From an uncultured Verrucomicrobiae bacterium (GTDB lineage Bacteria > Verrucomicrobiota > Verrucomicrobiia > Limisphaerales > UBA11358), in NCBI GenBank assembly GCA_963802965.1, contig CAWDKS010000003.1, forward strand, positions 274,813 through 338,812: DNA of 64,000 bases, read 5' to 3'. Positions 8,807-17,680 of the stretch are shown piece after piece. Both the position numbers and the translations under genes were made by a program. The notes below the pieces were generated by a model, which saw nothing but the letters and a program-made list of their open reading frames with translations, was not told the origin of the DNA and made no database searches. Position 1 is the first letter of the stretch; each line of letters opens with the position of its first letter.

Positions 8807-10087
8807 TCAGAGCAGGTGGCAGAACATTCCGTCGCGGAGCTTGGGCTCGAACCAGGTGCTTTTCGGCGGCATGACGCCGCCGGCGTCCGCAATCGCCATC
8901 AAATCCTCGATGTTCACCGGGAACAGGGAAAACGCGCAGGCGGCTTCGCCGCTGTTCACGAGTTTTTCCAATTCCGCCGTCCCGCGAATGCCGCCGACGA
9001 ATTGGATGCGCCTGTCCGTGCGCGGGTCTTTGACGCCGAACACCGGCTCGAACACGTGTTGTTGGAGCAGGGTCACGTCGAGTTGCTCAACCGGGTCATC
9101 GGTCGCCCACAATTTCCTGGGAAAGATCAGCGTCCGCCATCGGCCGCCCAAATAAAGGCTGACTTCATGATTGCGGCCGGGGGCGGCCGCGCCGTTTGGG
9201 TCCATGGCAAAAACGGTGCCGAGGATTTCCAGCGCCTGTTCCGGGGTCCAGCCGTTCAAATTCTTCAACACGCGGTTGTAGGGCAGTATCTGCATCCGGT
9301 CGTGCGGGAAAATCACGGTCAGAAATTGTCCGCTGTGATCCCGTTCCGTGGCAGCCGACGTGAGCCGGCTCTGGCTTTTATCCGCAGAAGTTTGAGCGGA
9401 CTCACGTCCGCTGCCACGTTTCAAATAAATGCGCGCCGCCGCCGCGCTGCGATGATGGCCGTCGGCGATGTAAAGCGCCGGAACCTCCGCGAATTCGGTT
9501 TCGATGAACTGGATTTCCTTCGCGGCGTGAATCGTCCACGACGAGTGCCGCACGCCGTCCTTGGCGGTGAAATCAACCTCCGGTTTTCCGGAAGTTTTTT
9601 TTGCGATGAATTCGGCAACCAACTTTGGGGCGCGACCGGCCAGGGACGCCGGGCCGGTTTGCGCATTCAGCGCTTCGATGTGCCGCACCCGGTCGTCCTC
9701 CTTGTCCGGGCGCGTGAGCTCGTGCTTCTTGATGACGCCACGCAGGTATTCCCCGCAATCCGCCGCGGCGACCAGACCGGTCTGCGCGCAATCGCCCATA
9801 ATTTGCCGATACAGATAAAAACACGGCTGCGGGTCCTGCCGCAGCGCGCCGTCGCGGATGAGCTTTTGAAAATTTTCCCGGCCCCGCGCATAAACCTCCG
9901 GCGCGCAAGCGTCCGTGCCCGGCGGCAGGTCAATCTCCGGTTTGCTGACGTGGAGAAAGCTCAACGGATTGCCGGCGGCCATCTGGCGGGCTTCGTCCGA
10001 CGACATCACGTCGTAGGGCAGCTCGCAGATTTTTTCCGCGAGTTCCGGTTTGGGTCGCAACGCGGCGAAGGGTTTGATGGTCGCCAT
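8807..10087 (-). CDS. DUF1015 domain-containing protein
   Basis: Start taken at MATIKPFAALRPKPELAEKICELPYDVMS (ATG 10087). It also contains YIADGHHR and C-terminal PPKSTWFEPKLRDG, typical of DUF1015. Confidence 0.85.
   Translation of the reverse strand: MATIKPFAALRPKPELAEKICELPYDVMSSDEARQMAAGNPLSFLHVSKPEIDLPPGTDACAPEVYARGRENFQKLIRDGALRQDPQPCFYLYRQIMGDCAQTGLVAAADCGEYLRGVIKKHELTRPDKEDDRVRHIEALNAQTGPASLAGRAPKLVAEFIAKKTSGKPEVDFTAKDGVRHSSWTIHAAKEIQFIETEFAEVPALYIADGHHRSAAAARIYLKRGSGRESAQTSADKSQSRLTSAATERDHSGQFLTVIFPHDRMQILPYNRVLKNLNGWTPEQALEILGTVFAMDPNGAAAPGRNHEVSLYLGGRWRTLIFPRKLWATDDPVEQLDVTLLQQHVFEPVFGVKDPRTDRRIQFVGGIRGTAELEKLVNSGEAACAFSLFPVNIEDLMAIADAGGVMPPKSTWFEPKLRDGMFCHLL
8813..8848. repeat. 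36-bp direct repeat, genic copy (DUF1015 3' end)
   Basis: Identical to 6305-6340. Here it encodes the true C-terminus ...EPKLRDGMFCHLL-stop. Confidence 0.9.
9346..9418. repeat. palindromic ~75-bp element (twin GTGA-loop hairpins) embedded in frame in the DUF1015 CDS
   Basis: ccgtggcagccgacgtgagccggctc...gagcggactcacgtccgctgccacg. The same termini and hairpins occur in the intergenic copy at 29697-29774. Confidence 0.7.
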
Positions 10088-10200
10088 AGGGCGGCGGGAG
10101 GATAAGTTGCAGGACGCGGGAAGGCACGCAGAAATTGCCGAAATAGTGCTTGCCACCGGGGTTTTTATGACTATGCTGCGCGCTCCCGATTGGGGATTTT

Positions 10201-10470
10201 ATGGCACGAATTTGTGAATTGACCGGCAAAGGCCCGATGAAGGGCAGCATCATCTGGCGCAGTGGCAAACCCAAAAAGCAGGGTGGCATCGGCACGCACA
10301 TCACCGCCATCACCAAACGGCGTTTCCTGCCGAATTTGCAGCGTGTGAAGGCCGTGTTGCCCAGCGGCGAAGTGCGTTACATGCGCGTCGCCGCCAGCGC
10401 GCTCAAAAAGGGCCTCGTCATCAAGGCGCCGAAACGCACCTGGAAGAAGCCCGAAACGGCCAAGGCCTGA
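10201..10470 (+). CDS. rpmB: 50S ribosomal protein L28
   Basis: MARICELTGKGPMKGSIIWRSG...RRFLPNLQRVKA is the L28 signature. Confidence 0.95.
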   Translation: MARICELTGKGPMKGSIIWRSGKPKKQGGIGTHITAITKRRFLPNLQRVKAVLPSGEVRYMRVAASALKKGLVIKAPKRTWKKPETAKA

Positions 10471-10548
10471 TTTTCCGGCGGTGATGGAGAATGGCGTTCC
10501 GCGAGGAACGCCGGTTTCTTTTCCATCCTCAATCTTCCATCTTCGTTC

Positions 10549-11004
10549 TTATTTACCCTTGAACCGGTGCATTTGGGCGCGTTTGAGTTCGCGGTCGGAT
10601 TCGCGCTGTTTCAATTCCTCGCGCTTGTCGTATTGCTGTTTGCCCTTGCCGACGGCCAGCGCGACCTTCACCTTGCCGTTCTTCCAGTAAAACGCGAGCG
10701 GCACCAGCGCGTGGCCTTTCACGGCGGCCAGGCCGAAGAGCTTCCGGATTTCCGATTTGTGCAGCAGCAATTTGCGCGGGGCCTTGGGCTGGTGGTTCTG
10801 GAGGTTGCCGTGCGAGTATTCGTCAATGTGCGCGTTGTATAGCCAGACCTCGTCCTTTTCCACGCGCGCGAAGGCGTCGTTGATCTGCCCCTTGCCCGCG
10901 CGCAGCGACTTGACCTCCGTGCCGCGCAACACGATGCCCGCCTCGAAGGTTTCAAGGACGTGATAATCGCGCCGCGCCTTGTGATTGGTCACGATGTCGG
11001 CCAT
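10549..11004 (-). CDS. smpB: SsrA-binding protein
   Basis: From the ATG at 11004: MADIVTNHKARRDYHVLETFEAGIVLRGTEVKSLR...LLLHKSEIRKL. Confidence 0.95.
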   Translation of the reverse strand: MADIVTNHKARRDYHVLETFEAGIVLRGTEVKSLRAGKGQINDAFARVEKDEVWLYNAHIDEYSHGNLQNHQPKAPRKLLLHKSEIRKLFGLAAVKGHALVPLAFYWKNGKVKVALAVGKGKQQYDKREELKQRESDRELKRAQMHRFKGK

Positions 11005-11014
11005 GACCAATCTT

Positions 11015-11095
11015 AGATTTACGATGGACGATTTACGAGGTGAATTTGGAACGAAGCGCGATTCGTAAATCGAAAATCGCAAATCGTAAATGGCT
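11015..11095. repeat. simple-sequence hairpin (ATTTACG/CGTAAAT units)
   Basis: agatttacgatggacgatttacgagg ... cgattcgtaaatcgaaaatcgcaaatcgtaaatgg, lying between smpB and rpoZ. Confidence 0.55.
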
Positions 11096-11365
11096 TCACT
11101 TCTTCCGGCGTTTCTTGGGTTGCGGGCGGACCAGTTCGACCGGCTCCGGCACTTCCCAGCCGATTTTTTCCTCGAGGATTTCGCGCAACGCGATGTCCGC
11201 CGCGCCAAGGTTCGTGGTGTCCGTCACCAGCGGCCGGCTCAGACCGCCGCCGCCGGAATTGAGCTGGCGCACGCGCCGCGAAATCAGGTTGACGAGGACG
11301 TTCGGGTTGCCGACTTTTTCAGCGGCCCTTTTGCAGAGTTCAGCGTTCACAATTCGTTTTGACAA
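11096..11365 (-). CDS. rpoZ: DNA-directed RNA polymerase subunit omega
   Basis: 89 aa: NPNVLVNLISRRVRQLNSG...ADIALREILEEKI. Confidence 0.9.
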   Translation of the reverse strand: MSKRIVNAELCKRAAEKVGNPNVLVNLISRRVRQLNSGGGGLSRPLVTDTTNLGAADIALREILEEKIGWEVPEPVELVRPQPKKRRKK

Positions 11366-11463
11366 ACAGAGTTGGAAATCCTAATCGTTCCCGTCCCAAA
11401 TGCAATAAGAAAATTCTCCTTAAAACTTGCGCGAATTGAGGGCGTTTTCTAAAACAAACCGGC

Positions 11464-12363
11464 ATGTCCGCAACGACCCGATTCAATCTGCCGCAATTTC
11501 TGGCCACGCGCACGGAAACCGTCAACCGGGCGCTCGATGGATTCCTGCCGTCGGCGACCACGAGGCCCGCCACCATCCACAAGGCGATGCGTTACTCGCT
11601 CTTCGCCGGCGGCAAGCGGATGCGTCCCGCGCTCTGCCTCGCCGCCGCGCAGGCCTGTGGCGGACGCGAGGCCGATGCCCTGCCGCTCGCGTGCGCCGTC
11701 GAGTGCATCCACACCTATTCGCTCATCCACGACGATCTGCCGGCGATGGACAACGACGATTTCCGCCGCGGCAAGCCCACCAACCACAAGGTCTTCGGAG
11801 AAGGCATCGCCGTGCTCGCGGGCGACGCGCTATTGACGCAGGCGTTTGAGATCGCTGCGCAGGGCAGGGGATGGCCGCGCTATCCGCATCGCGATTTGAT
11901 TCTGGAAATTGCGAAGGCCGCCGGTTCACTGCAACTCGTCGCCGGGCAGGTGGCGGATTTGGAAGGCGAAGGCAAAAAACTTTCCATCGCCGAATTGAAA
12001 TTCATCCACGAGCGCAAGACCTCCGCGCTGCTCTGCTGTTCCGTGCGGCTGGGTGGCATGAGCGCGAACTGCACGTCCGCGCAGTTCCGCGCGCTGACGG
12101 ATTTCGGCTATCACGTCGGGCTCGCCTTCCAGGTGATTGACGACATCCTCGATGTGACGCAGACCAGCGAGCAGCTCGGCAAGACGGCGGGCAAAGACGT
12201 GGCCGTGCAAAAGGCGACCTACCCGGCGATTGTCGGGCTGGAAAAATCGCGGCAGATCGCGGCGCAACTGACGGCCAAGGCGTTTGCCGCGCTGAAAATT
12301 TTCAAAGGCAAAGCTGTCGCTCTCGAAGCTCTAGCGGAATTTCTTTTGAAAAGGGAGAAATAA
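11464..12363 (+). CDS. polyprenyl diphosphate synthase (FPP/GGPP synthase family)
   Basis: Contains the first and second Asp-rich motifs, LIHDDLPAMDNDDFRRGKPTNH and FQVIDDILD. Confidence 0.9.
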   Translation: MSATTRFNLPQFLATRTETVNRALDGFLPSATTRPATIHKAMRYSLFAGGKRMRPALCLAAAQACGGREADALPLACAVECIHTYSLIHDDLPAMDNDDFRRGKPTNHKVFGEGIAVLAGDALLTQAFEIAAQGRGWPRYPHRDLILEIAKAAGSLQLVAGQVADLEGEGKKLSIAELKFIHERKTSALLCCSVRLGGMSANCTSAQFRALTDFGYHVGLAFQVIDDILDVTQTSEQLGKTAGKDVAVQKATYPAIVGLEKSRQIAAQLTAKAFAALKIFKGKAVALEALAEFLLKREK

Positions 12364-12656
12364 AATTACTCATCAACCGAAACAAAGGTATTTTTTGAAA
12401 TGTAATCCTGCTCAATAAAATTTTTCTGTTCGCCGTTTTTGCGCGAGAAGCCCGAGAACTTAACTGGCAAGCCACTGTAATCCAAAGAATTGTGACAGAG
12501 AAAGGCTTGTTCTTGCAGAAGATGAAAATAATTGCAAAAGCACCAATCCAGAACAAAAGATTCTTGACGAGTTTTTGCATTTGATTTTCTGCGTTTGTGA
12601 ATAGCAGCTAACTTTGATTCAAGCAAGTGGGATTGGCGTTGCTCACCAAAAGTTTT

Positions 12657-12718
12657 TCATTCGCTCCACTCGCCGGCTTGCAGATACGGCTTGAGTTTTT
12701 CCTTGAGCGTTTCGCGTC
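12657..12718. repeat. copy 1 of duplicated ECF sigma 3' end (orphan)
   Basis: 62 nt with 3 mismatches to 14184-14245. Reverse translation [18 protein letters not shown]-stop. Confidence 0.85.
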
Positions 12719-12763
12719 TGCAAAAATCTTTGATTCTTTCCAAAGTAATGCTAGTCTTACCGC

Positions 12764-13018
12764 ATGATTGCCAAAGTTTCAGTCAAAGGCCAGACGGTGA
12801 TTCCCGAAGCGGTGCGCGAGCAGGCGCGGATCAAAAGCGGCGATGAACTGGACGTCGGCTACGCCAACGGACTGATCGTGATGCGCAAACGCCGCGCCTT
12901 GACGCCCGCGCGCGTCCGCGCGCTGATTCTGTCCGGTCGCGAACTTCCCGAAATGACGCCGGCGGCTGAAGCGGTCGTGTCGCAGGCCGTCCAGCGGGTC
13001 CGCCGCCGCCGCAAATAA
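12764..13018 (+). CDS. AbrB/MazE/SpoVT-family antitoxin
   Basis: MIAKVSVKGQTVIPEAVREQARIKSGDELDV. The stop overlaps the PIN gene ATG. Confidence 0.8.
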   Translation: MIAKVSVKGQTVIPEAVREQARIKSGDELDVGYANGLIVMRKRRALTPARVRALILSGRELPEMTPAAEAVVSQAVQRVRRRRK

Positions 13019-13422
13019 TGAGGGTCGTCTTCGACACCAACGTCGTCGCCAGCGCGAGCTTCTGGCGCGGAACGCCGTTTGATTGTCTGGCGGCGTGGGC
13101 GAAAGGCCGTTGCGAAGCCGTGGTCAGCCCCGCGTTGCTCGCCGAATACCACGAAACCGTCGAGGAACTTCGTTTGGAATACCATGGACGGCCGTTCGTG
13201 CCGTGGGCGGATGCGCTGGCCGGGTCCGCCACGCTGGTTTTTCCCGTTGAACGCGCCACGGGCGCAACGCCTGATCCCGCCGATGAAATGATTTTGGAAT
13301 GCGCGCTGGCGGCGGAGGCGGATTACCTCGTGACCGGCGACAAAAAACATCTGCTGCCCTTGAGAAGATTTCAGGAAACCCCCATTGTCGGCCCGTCAGA
13401 ATTTCTTCGCCGATTGGTTTAG
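13018..13422 (+). CDS. PIN-domain toxin
   Basis: MRVVFDTNVVASA...PDPADEMILECALAAEADYLVTGDKKHLL, matching the PIN acidic residues. Confidence 0.8.
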   Translation: MRVVFDTNVVASASFWRGTPFDCLAAWAKGRCEAVVSPALLAEYHETVEELRLEYHGRPFVPWADALAGSATLVFPVERATGATPDPADEMILECALAAEADYLVTGDKKHLLPLRRFQETPIVGPSEFLRRLV

Positions 13423-13429
13423 AGGATTC

Positions 13430-13488
13430 TCATCCGCTCCACTCGCCGGTTTGCAGATATGGCTTGAGCTTTTCCTTGAGCGTTTCGC
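13430..13488. repeat. copy 2 of duplicated ECF sigma 3' end (orphan)
   Basis: 59 nt with 3 mismatches to 14184-14242. Reverse translation [18 protein letters not shown]-stop. Confidence 0.85.
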
Positions 13489-13495
13489 ACCCGGT

Positions 13496-14182
13496 TTAAT
13501 TCCCCGACCATTTGTAGTCGTAGCCGTCGGGCGGTTCGTATTTGACCGGAAACCCGCCGCCGCCCTGGACTCCGTTCCAGTAGATTTTGATGTAATCCAC
13601 GTGGCCGTCCACAAAGCTCATCACGTTGCGCGCGTCCGGGAATTGCAGCGGCTGCCGGCGGTCGTGGCTGCTCAAGCCGATGCCACCGGAATCTTCCCCG
13701 ATCAGTTCGGTCCGGGCCGGCTCGTGCACGGAGGCGAACGGCTTCTGCGCCATGTCCAGTTCGTTCGTGTCGTCATTGAACACGCCGCCGTTGAACCAGT
13801 AGCTGGAAAAATGGGTATCCGGCAGGTTGCAAAAGCCCCGGCATTGGAACGGGCCGAACAGCCATTGGCCGATCGGGCCGGACAAGTCGAAATCATCGGC
13901 GGCGCACACGAAAACGGCGTTGTTGGATAAACCCCCGCCGATATACGGCAAAATGTTTTCTTTGTAATCGAAGTAAATGGAATTGGTGTAGTAAGCGATG
14001 GCATCGCCGTGTTCATCCGCATACAGATGGACGGCCAGATTGATTTGACGAACATTGCTGACGCACGCGATTCGTTTGGCAGACGACTTGGCCCGGCTCA
14101 ATACCGGCAAAAGCAAGGCCGCAAGAATGGCGATGATGGCAATCACCACCAGCAGTTCAACCAAGGTGAACGCGCGTTTCAT
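13496..14182 (-). CDS. prepilin-type N-terminal cleavage/methylation domain protein (DUF1559 / H-X9-DG type)
   Basis: [32 protein letters not shown] at the N-terminus. Near the C-terminus, the H and DG in [13 protein letters not shown]. Confidence 0.85.
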   Translation of the reverse strand: MKRAFTLVELLVVIAIIAILAALLLPVLSRAKSSAKRIACVSNVRQINLAVHLYADEHGDAIAYYTNSIYFDYKENILPYIGGGLSNNAVFVCAADDFDLSGPIGQWLFGPFQCRGFCNLPDTHFSSYWFNGGVFNDDTNELDMAQKPFASVHEPARTELIGEDSGGIGLSSHDRRQPLQFPDARNVMSFVDGHVDYIKIYWNGVQGGGGFPVKYEPPDGYDYKWSGN

Positions 14183-14183
14183 T

Positions 14184-14245
14184 TCATTCGCTCCACTCGC
14201 CGGTTTGCAGATACGGTTTGAGCTTTTCCTTGAGCGTTTCGCGTC
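14184..14245. repeat. copy 3 (genic) of the ~60-bp repeat
   Basis: The last 20 codons plus stop of the sigma gene. Matches 12657-12718 and 13430-13488. Confidence 0.85.
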
Positions 14246-14786
14246 CGCGATGGATGAGCGATTTCGTGGCGGAGAGTGAGCAGTCCAGAATTTCGGCGAT
14301 TTCCTCGTAGCTCAAATCCTCCTGCCGGCAGAGCAGAATGGCCGTGCGCTGGTTCTCCGGCAGTGCGGCCAATGCCTCCTCGATTTTCTGCGCGAGTTCG
14401 CCGTGCAACAGTTTTTCCGGGGCGGCGATTTGTGATTTGTCCTCGTATTGCTGGCGCGGCTGGTCCTCGTGCTCGGCGTGAGCCTCCTCGATGGATTCGG
14501 CGGGATGCCGCGAGCGCCGGCGGAGTTCATTCAGGCACAGGTTGCGCGCGATGGTGAACAGCCACGTGGAAAATTTCGCCGTCCGTTTGTAGCGGCCCCG
14601 GGATTTGTAAACCTGCAGGAAAACCGTCTGTGCCAGGTCCTCGGCCTCAATCTCGTCGCGCAGCGAGCGGTAGATGAAATTCAGCACCGGCTGCTTGTAT
14701 TTGTCCACCAGCCCGGCAAACGCCGCGCGGTCGCCGCGTTTCACGCGGAGCATCAGGGCGGCATCGGGGTCGGGCTGGACTGGCAT
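14184..14786 (-). CDS. ECF-type RNA polymerase sigma-70 factor
   Basis: Start taken at [23 protein letters not shown] (the ORF extends to 14852). Contains [20 protein letters not shown] and [27 protein letters not shown]. Confidence 0.85.
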   Translation of the reverse strand: MPVQPDPDAALMLRVKRGDRAAFAGLVDKYKQPVLNFIYRSLRDEIEAEDLAQTVFLQVYKSRGRYKRTAKFSTWLFTIARNLCLNELRRRSRHPAESIEEAHAEHEDQPRQQYEDKSQIAAPEKLLHGELAQKIEEALAALPENQRTAILLCRQEDLSYEEIAEILDCSLSATKSLIHRGRETLKEKLKPYLQTGEWSE

Positions 14787-14855
14787 CGCATGGAGTTTAA
14801 CCAACAAGGCGCGTGCGACAAGGTTTCGCTCGTTCAAGCCGGGACAATTCAATTA

Positions 14856-15000
14856 AACCACGGATGGACACGGATGAACACGGATGCAGACAAGGCAAAA
14901 TGGCGTCTTCAGGGAACCGGGAATACCTCGTTGGCCAGTGAACTCATTTACTTTGCTGAAGTCTTTTTCTATCCGTGTTTATCCGTGTCCATCCGTGGTT
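14856..15000. repeat. MITE-like element with 30-bp terminal inverted repeats built from CACGGATG units
   Basis: aaccacggatggacacggatgaacacggat (14857-14886) against atccgtgtttatccgtgtccatccgtggtt (14971-15000). 29 of 30 positions are complementary, with an 84-bp spacer. Confidence 0.7.
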
Positions 15001-15178
15001 GAACGTTTTTCTACGGCATGCTTCCGGTTAAGAACCGGCTGACTTCGAGCGTGGTTCGCCAATAAGTCCGGAACGGCCCCAAAAAAATGTGTCGCCGCCA
15101 AAAAGCTTTCGATAAGCTCCGGACGTCAGACCTGACAAAACGGGACAGGTCATCATTTAATCCATACCGAAACAGCGC

Positions 15179-16240
15179 ATGGCGTTCAAACAATTTCCCA
15201 GGCAGACGCAAGGCATCCAGTTGCTCCAGCGCTCGCTGGCCCGCGGGCGGCTCGGTCACGCCTACCTGTTCACCGGCCATCAGCTTGAGGAATTGGAATC
15301 ACTCGCCCGCACGCTGGCCAAGACGCTGAATTGCCGGAAACCGGTCAAAACCGGCGGCGTGGCGACGGATTGCTGCGATGACTGCCCGGCGTGCCGGAAA
15401 ATTGACAACGACACCCATGCCGACATGCATTGGGCGCGGCCCGAATCGAAATCGCGCGTCGTCACCATCGAGCAAATGCGCGAGTTGATGCGCGAGATCC
15501 AGCTCAAGCCGACCGAGGCCGAATACAAGGTCGCCGTCATCACCGCCGCCGACCGCCTGAACACGCAGGCGGCGAATGCCTTTCTCAAAACACTGGAGGA
15601 ACCGCCGGCCAAATCCGTCTTGATCCTGCTCACCACCGAACCGCAGCGGATTCTGGAAACGGTCCTGTCCCGCTGCCTGCGCCTGAATTTTTCCGGCGAT
15701 GTCGTGCCTCCGCTCGACCCCGCACAGTCGGAATGGCTCGCGCAGTTCGGCGCGCTGGCGGCCACGGAATCCAAAAGTCTGCTGGGCCGCTATCGCCTGC
15801 TCGATGTGCTGCTCCAAAAGCTCGGCGAAATCAAGTCGCGCGTGGAAGAGACGCTGACGGCGCGTTCGCCCTTGCAACGTTACGAGGACGTGGAAAAGGA
15901 TTTGCGCGAGAAATGGGAGGACGAACTGGCGGCGGCCATCGAAGCGGAATACCGCCGGCAACGCGCCGATTTGCTTTTGCTGGTGCAATGGTGGCTGCGC
16001 GATGTCTGGTTGTCCACCCTCCGCAGTAGCCCTGCTACGGAGGACGGGCACGCCCTCGCCGCCGGCAGCGAGCTGTTGAGTTTTCCGCAGGTGGCCGGGG
16101 CGGAAGCCGTGGCGCGCCGGCTCACGCCGCGCCGGGCGCTGGAAAACCTGCAAATCCTGGAACAAACGCAGCGGTTGCTGCACACCAATGTCCAGGAAGC
16201 GCTCGCGCTGGAAGTCGGTTTGCTGAAATTGCAGCTCTAG
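15179..16240 (+). CDS. holB: DNA polymerase III subunit delta prime
   Basis: RLGHAYLFTGHQ, CCDDCPACRKI, KVAVITAADRLNTQAANAFLKTLEEPP and SRC. Confidence 0.9.
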   Translation: MAFKQFPRQTQGIQLLQRSLARGRLGHAYLFTGHQLEELESLARTLAKTLNCRKPVKTGGVATDCCDDCPACRKIDNDTHADMHWARPESKSRVVTIEQMRELMREIQLKPTEAEYKVAVITAADRLNTQAANAFLKTLEEPPAKSVLILLTTEPQRILETVLSRCLRLNFSGDVVPPLDPAQSEWLAQFGALAATESKSLLGRYRLLDVLLQKLGEIKSRVEETLTARSPLQRYEDVEKDLREKWEDELAAAIEAEYRRQRADLLLLVQWWLRDVWLSTLRSSPATEDGHALAAGSELLSFPQVAGAEAVARRLTPRRALENLQILEQTQRLLHTNVQEALALEVGLLKLQL

Positions 16241-16265
16241 GCCTGTTGTGAACGGAATTTCACAC

Positions 16266-17666
16266 ATGAAGTCTGGAAAAGAAACCGCCCGCTACAACCT
16301 TTTCGCGCTGTTGTTCGGGTTGTTTCTGGGGCTGGCGATTTGGAAGTTCGGCAACCCGGTCATCCTCGACCGGAATATCATTCCGCCGGCTTCGCTGGCC
16401 GAGGCGCTGACTGATGCCTGGCCGACGCACTGGATTAATTGGATTATGCCGCCGTTCGTGCTGGCCGGCGGCTGGCTGGCGCTTTCCGGCAAATCGCGCT
16501 GGCCGGCGGCGCGCTGGCTGTGGCTGCTGCCGCTGTTGTGGTTCGGCTGGCAACTGCTTTCGGCAACGCACACCGTGGACGCCTTTCTCACCGCGACCAC
16601 GCTCTGGCAATTCGGCGGCTGCGTTGCGTGTTATTTCATCGGTGTGCTTGTGCTGGGACGCGAACGCGCGATGCGGTGGCTGTTGATCGGCGTGCTGGCG
16701 GCGTTCACGTTCTGTCTCGTGCGCGCGGTGGACCAGCGGCTCTTCGAGTTTCCCGCCAGCCGGAAGCTGCTGGTGGAAGGCGAACGCACCGGCTGGACAA
16801 ACATTCCGCCGGAAATGCTTTTGGAAATGAAACGCGATGGCACCGTCATCACCACCAATGGCGTGGACGTGGCCAATCCCGCCATCCTCGCCCGGGTCGC
16901 CAAGAACCGCGTAATGGGCACCCTGGTTTATCCGAACGCCCTGGCCGGCGCGATTCTGTTGTTGCTGCCGGTTTCACTCGCATTCGCCTTCAACAGCACG
17001 CGGCAACTCAAACCGCCAATCCGCGGTGCGGCGATTGCAACGACCTGCCTGCTCGGCGGGCTGGGCCTTTTCTGGTCAGGTTCAAAAGCGGGCTGGTTGA
17101 TTGGCATGGCGCTCGCCGGCATCTGGTTGTTCCGTCTGAACGGGCCGGCCCGAATGAAGTGGGCGATGCTGACGGCCGTTTTGCTGGTCGGGCTGGCCGT
17201 GTTCGCGCTTCGATTTCACAATTACTTCACTGCGGGCGCCACCAGCGTGGGCGCGCGTTTCGATTACTGGCGGGCGGCGGTGCAAGCCACGCGCGAGCAT
17301 CCCTTGTTTGGCACGGGACCGGGCACGTTCCAGCGGCCTTACGCGCAAATCAAATCGCCCGACGCCGAAATGGCCCGGTTCGCGCACAATGATTATCTCG
17401 AACAATTTTCCGATTCAGGAATCACGGGCGGCATTTGCTATGCGGCGTGGATTAGTCTGGCCTTGCTGACCGTGGGACAACGCGCGTGGCGGAGCGGCGG
17501 TCACCTTCAATTCAGCCTTTTCCTCGGGTTGCTTGGCTGGTTTGCGCAGGGACTGGTTGAATTCGGCCTATTCGTTCCGGCGCTGGCATGGACGGCGTTC
17601 ACTTTGTTGGGATGCCTGCTGCGGATGTCTGCAAATCAATTCGACAGGGGACGGGCAAGCGGCTAA
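16266..17666 (+). CDS. O-antigen ligase (Wzy_C) family membrane protein
   Basis: Polytopic membrane protein. Contains SGSKAGWL and the periplasmic loop FGTGPGTF...FAHNDYLEQFSDSGITGG. Confidence 0.8.
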   Translation: MKSGKETARYNLFALLFGLFLGLAIWKFGNPVILDRNIIPPASLAEALTDAWPTHWINWIMPPFVLAGGWLALSGKSRWPAARWLWLLPLLWFGWQLLSATHTVDAFLTATTLWQFGGCVACYFIGVLVLGRERAMRWLLIGVLAAFTFCLVRAVDQRLFEFPASRKLLVEGERTGWTNIPPEMLLEMKRDGTVITTNGVDVANPAILARVAKNRVMGTLVYPNALAGAILLLLPVSLAFAFNSTRQLKPPIRGAAIATTCLLGGLGLFWSGSKAGWLIGMALAGIWLFRLNGPARMKWAMLTAVLLVGLAVFALRFHNYFTAGATSVGARFDYWRAAVQATREHPLFGTGPGTFQRPYAQIKSPDAEMARFAHNDYLEQFSDSGITGGICYAAWISLALLTVGQRAWRSGGHLQFSLFLGLLGWFAQGLVEFGLFVPALAWTAFTLLGCLLRMSANQFDRGRASG

Positions 17667-17680
17667 TCTGGCTGCGGCTT

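Noticed and set aside
8804-10105. 433-aa + ORF opposite DUF1015. Similar long shadow ORFs occur at 15299-16267(-), 25705-26760(-), 44098-45768(+), 47222-48130(+), 54634-55893(+), 56327-57337(+), 58782-59915(-) and 60680-61675(+)
   Set aside because: All lie antisense to genes with strong family signatures. Their translations are low-complexity and R/A/G/H-rich with no motifs, which is the expected artefact of high GC content.
10199-10216. TGGCAC hexamer as a second sigma-54 promoter
   Set aside because: It is simply the ATG-GCA-CGA start of rpmB and lacks a TTGC element at the correct spacing. Other TGGCAC or GTGCCA hexamers (for example near 2465, 3605, 20695, 33270, 47175, 53185, 60925) also lack the -12 element or lie inside coding sequence.
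12302-12626. Two overlapping minus-strand ORFs (92 and 86 aa) in the AT-rich patch after the polyprenyl synthase gene
   Set aside because: One overlaps the synthase 3' end. Neither has a recognisable family or a convincing start context, and the frames conflict. The patch may be decayed foreign DNA beyond repeat copy 1, but no gene can be supported.
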